From positions 1,120,001-1,184,000 of the forward strand of contig CAVZSV010000004.1 in assembly GCA_963778115.1 (NCBI GenBank): a stretch of 64,000 bases of DNA, given 5' to 3'. Under the pieces are notes generated by a model that saw nothing but the letters and a program-made list of their open reading frames with translations, had not been told where the DNA came from and did no database searches. The position numbers were made by a program, and so were the translations under genes. Below, piece after piece: positions 57,975 to 64,000 of the stretch. The stretch's first letter is position 1, and every line of letters starts with the position of its first letter. The stretch is from an uncultured delta proteobacterium. Its GTDB lineage: Bacteria > Bdellovibrionota > FAC87 > UBA2466.

Positions 57975-59458
57975 GTGAAGAACATGCAGCGTTTGCTCTT
58001 TCCCGAAGTTCCCCCTCGAATCCTTATCGCACTTTCTTCTGCTCTTTTCGTAGGACAGCTTCTAACAGGGACAGATGCGTTATTTGCGTTTACTCTTACA
58101 CTTGGAGGAGCGCTTACCCTTATCTCGTTCAACGTACTAGGGGGGATGGCTACGACAAGCGGCATCTGTGTCGCTTCTCTCGCATTTCGACTTATATTTC
58201 TTCCCATCATCGCGAAAATACTCCTGTGGCAGCCGAGTGATTCCATCCTAGGTTCCTCACCCATCGACACCGCCCTTGTTGTTCTCGCGGCTTCTTCGGT
58301 CCTGCTTCTGGCAAGCTACGTTCCCCGTTACTTCAAACCCCGCTTTGAAGTTCTCCTCCACTGACCGATCCCACCGAACTTTGGTTCGGATCAATATTCT
58401 GCACGTGTTTGGGTTTTTCATTTAAATTGATTCGCCACCTCAATCGCCAGGGAGCGATCGCTCAGGTACTGACTGGTTTAGCCCCTTATCTGGATAGCAG
58501 TCTTTTATTCGGAATTGCCGGCGGTACCGCTTACCTGATCCTGACGTCGAACGGAAAGCGGAGCCTGGGTTGGATTAACCTGTTCGCGCTATTTTTGGGA
58601 TTTGTAGAGGGCATGATCGACAACACCAAAACGACGCTCTTCCAACCCTACGTGACCTATTTTCTAACGTGCCTGTGCTTCCGGTTTCAATTTAGAAAAG
58701 TCCACTACGTTTCCAGTATTTTGGTAACCCTCTTCGCCATTTTTGTCGTGGCCCCTTACGCCAACTATTCAAGAACTTTTATCACTGCCAAAGACTTGCG
58801 GGGAAAGATAGAACAGTTTCAGTTATTCGCGGAAAAAAATCTTTCAAGCCCCGAGTTGGCGTTTTCTCTCTTTAAAAAGAAAAGCCTCATGGATACGGGA
58901 GCTTCGATTCAGAAACTCTACTTTGGAAGACCCATGGGGCTACTTGATAGGGTTTGCTTATTAAATGCCAGTGATCGTCTCATCGAAGTGGTAAATACGC
59001 GAGGGCCTGCGGGCTTCGACGTATTCACCAAATCGTTCACCTTATTGCCCCATCTAATCGGAGGGGGAGGTGCAACGATCAACAAAAAGAACGTCCTTGG
59101 GCATACCGCCGAAATGATCGCTCCCAAAGATGTCGAGACAGGGATCGACTTTAGTATTCTGATTGAACCCTTTGGAGAGGGATCTTGGTTAGGATTACTT
59201 TTAATCCTTTTCCCGGTCCTCGTTATCTTTTTTACCGTCGATAGAAGCGGAATTGGAACAGTTCGCGGAAACATCTGGGCGATCGGCTTCGCCGTGGTCA
59301 GCCAGCATCTTTTTGGAGACGAAGGGCCCGGAGATGTCTTGGCATTGCTTATTCGATGGCTCCCAGCGGTTATCGTCTTACGCTTATTGATTCTAAGAGT
59401 GATTGTTCCCTTTTTTAGCCAACGACTTCGGTTTATGCAAACCCGAACGGAGCCATGA
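57975..59458 (+). pseudogene. Polytopic membrane protein (probable Wzy-type polymerase) split by a 1-nt deletion at about 58355
   Basis: ORF 57975-58364 ends where the frame of ORF 58409-59458 opens (PPLTDPTELWFGSIFCTCLGFSF). The joined protein has about 11 TM segments and a large loop, within a Wzx/Wzc locus. Confidence 0.7.
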
Positions 59459-60945
59459 AAGACAAAATTACTTTCGGTCTTGTCGCTATTTTTTTTCTTT
59501 TTCTCTCAGACATAAGCGTGGCTGAACCGCTTGTACTTGCCCATTATATGCCCCAGATTTCAGCCGGCGTCTCAGACTCCTTTGCTCCTCTTTCTCCGTT
59601 GCCCTCGCTTCCGGGCGGACAGTTAGCCCTTCTTCCTTCCGAATGGCTTAACGATCTGGGTTCTCCCGAACAAGCGACAAAGCGGGATATCATGACGGCG
59701 CAGGCCGCAGGGATCGATGGCTTCCAGGTTCTGGTAGGCCCCTTGCATTTCCCGGTGAGTCAATACCGTCCAGTAACCGAATCGCTATTTAAGAATGTTC
59801 AAAAACTTGGATCAAAAAAGCCCTTTAAGCTCGGACTCGAATTTTGGGATGACATGAGCGATCCTCAAAATATTTCTAAGCTAGGCAAGGCCATCACTCT
59901 GCTTGAAAGATACGAAAGCGCATGGCTAAAAATGGATAACCGGAAAGTGCTTTCAATCATGATTACCGGGGCCCCCGGCTCCAAAGTGCTCGCGTTCGAT
60001 GAAGTGATGAAGTTGCTCCTTGGAGATCGCCGCCATCAGTTTTACGTCGTACTCTACAATCCATGTACCTTAATAAAGAACAGGCCCGATTGGTATCGAG
60101 GGGCGGATGCCTTTTCCCTCTGGATAAACTCCGACTTAGCAAGAACTCTTGTCGAAAAAAAGGCGGCTGAAAAATGTGCGCTCGATTCAGGAAAGCAGTT
60201 CTGGGCTCCGATTATGCCTGCTTTTAGCCAATCCCGACCGGGAGTGAAACCCAATGTCCGAGAGAAACTGGGAATGACCAACTTCGTCCTGGACTGGAAA
60301 GAGGCGATTCAATCCCATTCTCCGGTTGCCTACGAGGAAACCTGGAATGACCTTACCGAAGACTCTTCGGTCATGCCCGAGTCAAATCATGGCTTTGCTT
60401 ATTTCGATCTCAACCGTTGGTACTCCTATCTTTTTCATACAGGACACGAGTCCCCCGCCTCGGAAGAGGCGCTCTATGTTTTTCACCATCCGAATGTAGT
60501 GAAAAACTTACAGCTGCCCCCAGGAAGGGAACCGGTACCCCCGCTTAATGGGTACGCCGCAACTCCAACCACTGATTACATTGGTGTCGTGGGTCGATTT
60601 CATAAAGAAGCGGAAGTCACCGTGGAGTATTTTAACGGATCGCAGCAGATAAAGTTCACCCAGCATTTTAAACCGGGAATGACCCCTTGGCTCATTTACT
60701 ATCCAGATCCTAGCCGCCTTAATAGCTTCTATCCCAAAGAGGCCGATGGATTTGTGCTGACCAAATTGGACTCTCCTTTGACCGACACCGAAGTCTATTT
60801 GTCCGTCTTCCGAAGTAAGAGCCGGATAGCCTTTTTTCGATCCCATCGCCCCATTCTCGGTGCTGCGGGGCGAGGGGACATGAGTACGATAGGCGATAGT
60901 TTTTTTATAACCGAGAAAGCATCTGCCCCTAAGTCGAAGCGCTAA
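59455..60945 (+). CDS. Secreted glycoside hydrolase, GH71/GH99-like
   Basis: Signal peptide; LVLAHYM, DIMTAQAAGIDGF, ETWNDLTEDS. Confidence 0.75.
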   Translation: MKDKITFGLVAIFFLFLSDISVAEPLVLAHYMPQISAGVSDSFAPLSPLPSLPGGQLALLPSEWLNDLGSPEQATKRDIMTAQAAGIDGFQVLVGPLHFPVSQYRPVTESLFKNVQKLGSKKPFKLGLEFWDDMSDPQNISKLGKAITLLERYESAWLKMDNRKVLSIMITGAPGSKVLAFDEVMKLLLGDRRHQFYVVLYNPCTLIKNRPDWYRGADAFSLWINSDLARTLVEKKAAEKCALDSGKQFWAPIMPAFSQSRPGVKPNVREKLGMTNFVLDWKEAIQSHSPVAYEETWNDLTEDSSVMPESNHGFAYFDLNRWYSYLFHTGHESPASEEALYVFHHPNVVKNLQLPPGREPVPPLNGYAATPTTDYIGVVGRFHKEAEVTVEYFNGSQQIKFTQHFKPGMTPWLIYYPDPSRLNSFYPKEADGFVLTKLDSPLTDTEVYLSVFRSKSRIAFFRSHRPILGAAGRGDMSTIGDSFFITEKASAPKSKR

Positions 60946-60957
60946 CCCTTGGACAAC

Positions 60958-60985
60958 TCAAGTTTTATTCAATTTATACCGATCT
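60958..60985 (+). promoter_or_regulatory. Sigma28 (FliA)-like promoter, probably giving a leaderless mRNA
   Basis: TCAAG-n15-ACCGATCT, ending 6 nt before ATG 60992; no RBS. Confidence 0.6.
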
Positions 60986-60991
60986 TATGCC

Positions 60992-61606
60992 ATGCGAAGT
61001 GCGCCGCCTAATTCACCGGTTGTCGATCTCTCCTCCTACAAGCGCGAGGGGTACCGACCAAAACGATCGCCCTTAGTCATCTACCTTTGGTATTTGCTGA
61101 ACCTTATCGTAATCCGAAACCCATTTAATCCTTCCTCTCGACTACGGGCTATTACCCTAAGGCTCTTCGGCGCCATCATAGGGCACCACGTCATCCTACG
61201 ACCGGGATTGCGAGTGAAGTACCCCTGGGAACTGGAAGTCGGAAACTACACATGGATTGGCGAAGATGTTTGGATAGATAACTACGCAAAAGTTCGTATC
61301 GGAAATCATGCTTGTCTTTCGCAAGGAACTTACCTTTGCACGGGAAATCACGACTGGAATGATCCTGCCTTTGCGATCTGTCCTTCCCCGATAACCATTG
61401 AAGACGGAGTCTGGATAGGAGCCAGATGCTTAATTGCCCCTAATGTTACGTTGGGAGCGCAATCGGTGGTATCCGCGGGGGCCACGGTTTTTCATAATCT
61501 CGACGCTTTCGGCATCTACTCGGGAAATCCCGCCGTTAAGGTGCATCGAAGACGATTATCGACGACATCAAAACGCCACAAAACTGCTGGTGTCAGCAAG
61601 CAATGA
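60992..61606 (+). CDS. wcaF: WcaF-like polysaccharide O-acetyltransferase (hexapeptide repeat)
   Basis: LRLFGA, VKYPWEL, WIGEDVWIDN, SQGTYLCTGNHD, GNPA. Confidence 0.9.
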   Translation: MRSAPPNSPVVDLSSYKREGYRPKRSPLVIYLWYLLNLIVIRNPFNPSSRLRAITLRLFGAIIGHHVILRPGLRVKYPWELEVGNYTWIGEDVWIDNYAKVRIGNHACLSQGTYLCTGNHDWNDPAFAICPSPITIEDGVWIGARCLIAPNVTLGAQSVVSAGATVFHNLDAFGIYSGNPAVKVHRRRLSTTSKRHKTAGVSKQ

Positions 61607-62985
61607 GCAAGCCGAGTCATCTTCTTTCCCTCTTCAAGCAACGGGGAAGTTTTCTGATTAAGCGCTACTATCATGTTCTTACCGGAGCTTCTTGGCTAAT
61701 CGTTGCCCAATCGCTGAATCTATTTTCGCGTTTTGGAGCAGTGTGGGTCCTGACTCGGCTCTTAAATCCAAAAATGTTCGGTCAACTTAATTTAACCACA
61801 GCTCTGTATGTACTTATCTATGCCATTTTCTGCTTTCCCATTTTGCAGTCGGTTCTGCGCTTTTTTCCGAGGATGCAATTGGAGGGGCGACCATGGGCGA
61901 TTCGTTCCATCATCGCTCCGTTGATGCGTCGACGCCTTATTTACGGGGTAGTTTCCGTCTTATTTTTTGGCCTCGTTTGGCAATATATGAGAACCAGTGA
62001 ACTGCATCCTTGGACACTAGTGGCAGCTTCACTTTGCATCATACTAGAGGCGGCGCGCAGCCTTGAACTTAATCTTCTCAATGCGACCAAAAGCCACAAA
62101 AGCTATACGATCTTTACTTCGCTAGACAACGTGACTCGCACTGTATTCGCCGTCTCATTCGCGTACTTTGTAGGTCCTACCGCCACGAACGTTCTGTTGG
62201 GTTACGCGACGGGAACAGGCGTCACTCTTTTACTTTGTCGACGAATAAGAGCCGCATCGCTTCCAGACTCCCGCTCCCAAGAAAAACAAAGCGACCATAA
62301 ATTGCGAGAGGAACTGCTCGTTTACAGTAAGCCCCTGGGTTACAACTCCTTTTTGGGTTGGATAATCGCCTTCTTGGATCGTTACTTAGTGGATCTGTTC
62401 GACGGCTTAAGGTCAGCGGGACTCTATTCAGCGGTTTATAGCTTGGGCTCGGCCCCCTTTTCTCTCATTAACGCCTCTTTTGGAACGGTATTGCGTCCCA
62501 TTCTCTTTAACGCCGTGGAACACAACGAGCGGGCCAAGGCCAGAAATGTGCTGATAGCCTGGATCTCTATTGTAGGCGCGGTTTCCCTGGCGGCGCTCGT
62601 TCTTATATTTCTCCTAAAAGACTGGATTGTGCGATTTGCTCTGGGAAAAGCCTACTGGGGAAGTGCTGGAATCCTTCCCTGGATTGCCGCTAGTTACGCC
62701 GTTCAGGGATTTCAAATTATCACCGATGCCTGCCTCTACGCGTATCATAGGACAAAAGCATTTATCGGCATTCAACTTGCTGGTGCAGTCACTGCAATCG
62801 CACTTTACGTCCCTCTTATTTACTTTTTTAAAGGGCTAGGAGCAGCAATTGCTACTTTCCTTCTGGCTTTCGTGACGGTGGGTTTGAGTGCCTGGCGTGC
62901 CTGGTCGGCTTCCAATAGCTATTGGAATGAAATGCAGCGCAAGCACGAGGAAATCGTCGGGGAGAAGCGATCGGCTACTCGCTAA
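61603..62985 (+). CDS. wzx: Oligosaccharide flippase (Wzx family)
   Basis: LTRLLNPKMFG, DRYLV, AGLYSAVY, GAAIAT; about 12 TM segments. Confidence 0.85.
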   Translation: MSKPSHLLSLFKQRGSFLIKRYYHVLTGASWLIVAQSLNLFSRFGAVWVLTRLLNPKMFGQLNLTTALYVLIYAIFCFPILQSVLRFFPRMQLEGRPWAIRSIIAPLMRRRLIYGVVSVLFFGLVWQYMRTSELHPWTLVAASLCIILEAARSLELNLLNATKSHKSYTIFTSLDNVTRTVFAVSFAYFVGPTATNVLLGYATGTGVTLLLCRRIRAASLPDSRSQEKQSDHKLREELLVYSKPLGYNSFLGWIIAFLDRYLVDLFDGLRSAGLYSAVYSLGSAPFSLINASFGTVLRPILFNAVEHNERAKARNVLIAWISIVGAVSLAALVLIFLLKDWIVRFALGKAYWGSAGILPWIAASYAVQGFQIITDACLYAYHRTKAFIGIQLAGAVTAIALYVPLIYFFKGLGAAIATFLLAFVTVGLSAWRAWSASNSYWNEMQRKHEEIVGEKRSATR

Positions 62986-62991
62986 GCACCT

Positions 62992-64000
62992 CTATGAGAT
63001 ATTCTTCTTTAGGGAATTGAAACTTCGTTCCACTGCATTTAGGACTTCATCGACACCGATAGACAAAATACATCTTTTCTTTTCAATAAGGCAATCGGTG
63101 AGACGACATCCAAAACATTCCGTCTGATGATAAAGAACCGTATGGTTACTACCGAACGGAAACCATTGGCCAGGGGGATTCTGGGCGGAAAAAATGGCAA
63201 TGCAGGGAGTTCCTACGCAAGCCGCCAAGTGCATAGGACCGCTGTCGTGCCCTATGAAGAGATCGGTTTGACTTAAGATCGCCGCCGATAGCCGGGGCGA
63301 TACTTTGCCACAGAGGTTTAATTTCCTTCCTCGCCAAGGCATTAATATTCGTTCGGTCAAATCGAATTCATCTCCGGCCCCAATCGCAACAACACCGGAG
63401 ACCCATTTTTGGGAGTCCAGTTTTTCTAAGAAGGATCTCCAATTCGGTTCGGTCCAATCCTTACTAGAGATCTTGGTCCCCATGCTCACGGCAATCACTC
63501 TCTCATCCGCTTTGAATGCAGACAGGTAATGGCTAGCCTCGCTTTGCTCATGAGCGGTTAGGTTCAGATTCCACGAGTCTGGTAGAGTCACATCGATATT
63601 TCCCAAAGCAGATAATCGGGAAAGCAGCCGAAGGGCTTCTGCCTGGTAAAGACCGGTATGGGAGTCTTTTTGACAGCTAAAATCGCTCTTCTTAAAGGGA
63701 ACTCCCAGTTGCTCGGTAATTCCCGCGGCCCGGAAGAAAAGACTATCGCGCGCCGAATGAAGTCTCGTTTTTCGGGCGGCTGCTAAGTCAATTAATAGAT
63801 CGAATTTCTGTCGACGCAACTTTCTTAACAGACTGCCTATAACGATAGGATCACGAAGCTGTATCGGGTACTCGATAAAGTCATCCACCAAACCGGTATT
63901 ACCCAGTAAAGACGGGAGAGGTGCCGCTTTGCGGTTAATGGGGAAGTTCGTAATCACACTAATATGAGCGTCGGGAAACTCTCTCCGGATGAGGTGAAAA
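62992..64000 (-). CDS. Glycosyltransferase family 9 (heptosyltransferase-like); 5' end outside the window
   Basis: KDW, NLCGK, FIGHDSGPMHLAACVGTP, CFGC. The frame stays open to the window edge (FHLIRREFPDAHISVITN). Confidence 0.9.
   Translation of the reverse strand, partial: FHLIRREFPDAHISVITNFPINRKAAPLPSLLGNTGLVDDFIEYPIQLRDPIVIGSLLRKLRRQKFDLLIDLAAARKTRLHSARDSLFFRAAGITEQLGVPFKKSDFSCQKDSHTGLYQAEALRLLSRLSALGNIDVTLPDSWNLNLTAHEQSEASHYLSAFKADERVIAVSMGTKISSKDWTEPNWRSFLEKLDSQKWVSGVVAIGAGDEFDLTERILMPWRGRKLNLCGKVSPRLSAAILSQTDLFIGHDSGPMHLAACVGTPCIAIFSAQNPPGQWFPFGSNHTVLYHQTECFGCRLTDCLIEKKRCILSIGVDEVLNAVERSFNSLKKNIS

Overview
Bacterial chromosomal window with roughly balanced GC and no rRNA, tRNA or CRISPR array seen. 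The many orphan secreted proteins and sigma28/sigma54-type promoters suggest a Bdellovibrionota/deltaproteobacterium-like genome (inference only). Contents in order: (1) 1-8959, a sugar/redox cluster with sigma54-like promoters (FAD/Fe-S oxidoreductase, enolase-superfamily enzyme, hemerythrin-like protein, ASRT-family protein, GH39, glucoamylase-like hydrolase, SDR). (2) 9081-14736, envelope genes (tandem HdeA-like protein, two Pal lipoproteins, OmpR-type two-component system). A promoter motif of 11-bp-period repeats occurs three times here and twice at 22.7-23.2 kb, upstream of lipoprotein genes. (3) 14.8-22.2 kb, small-molecule-modifying enzymes and orphans. (4) A signal-peptide-bearing FlgC-like protein and a LytS/LytTR system with a LytTR box. 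(5) Low-complexity secreted proteins, a threonine dehydratase with an apparent signal peptide, and an ISL3 remnant. (6) 33167-40945, the best candidate for a new system: a compact organoarsenic (arsenosugar-type) biosynthetic cluster with a DedA/flavin disulfide reductase fusion, ArsS-type radical SAM, fused double glycosyltransferase, ArsM, an MTA phosphorylase-family enzyme and an MFS transporter. (7) An rsgA-family gene and a GNAT behind an unannotated leader-peptide attenuator. (8) 46043-64000, a colanic-acid-like Wzx/Wzy polysaccharide locus with a Gmd-Fcl fusion and five sigma28-like promoters. Four genes carry single-base lesions that may be sequencing errors. All family assignments come from motif recognition by eye, not database searches.
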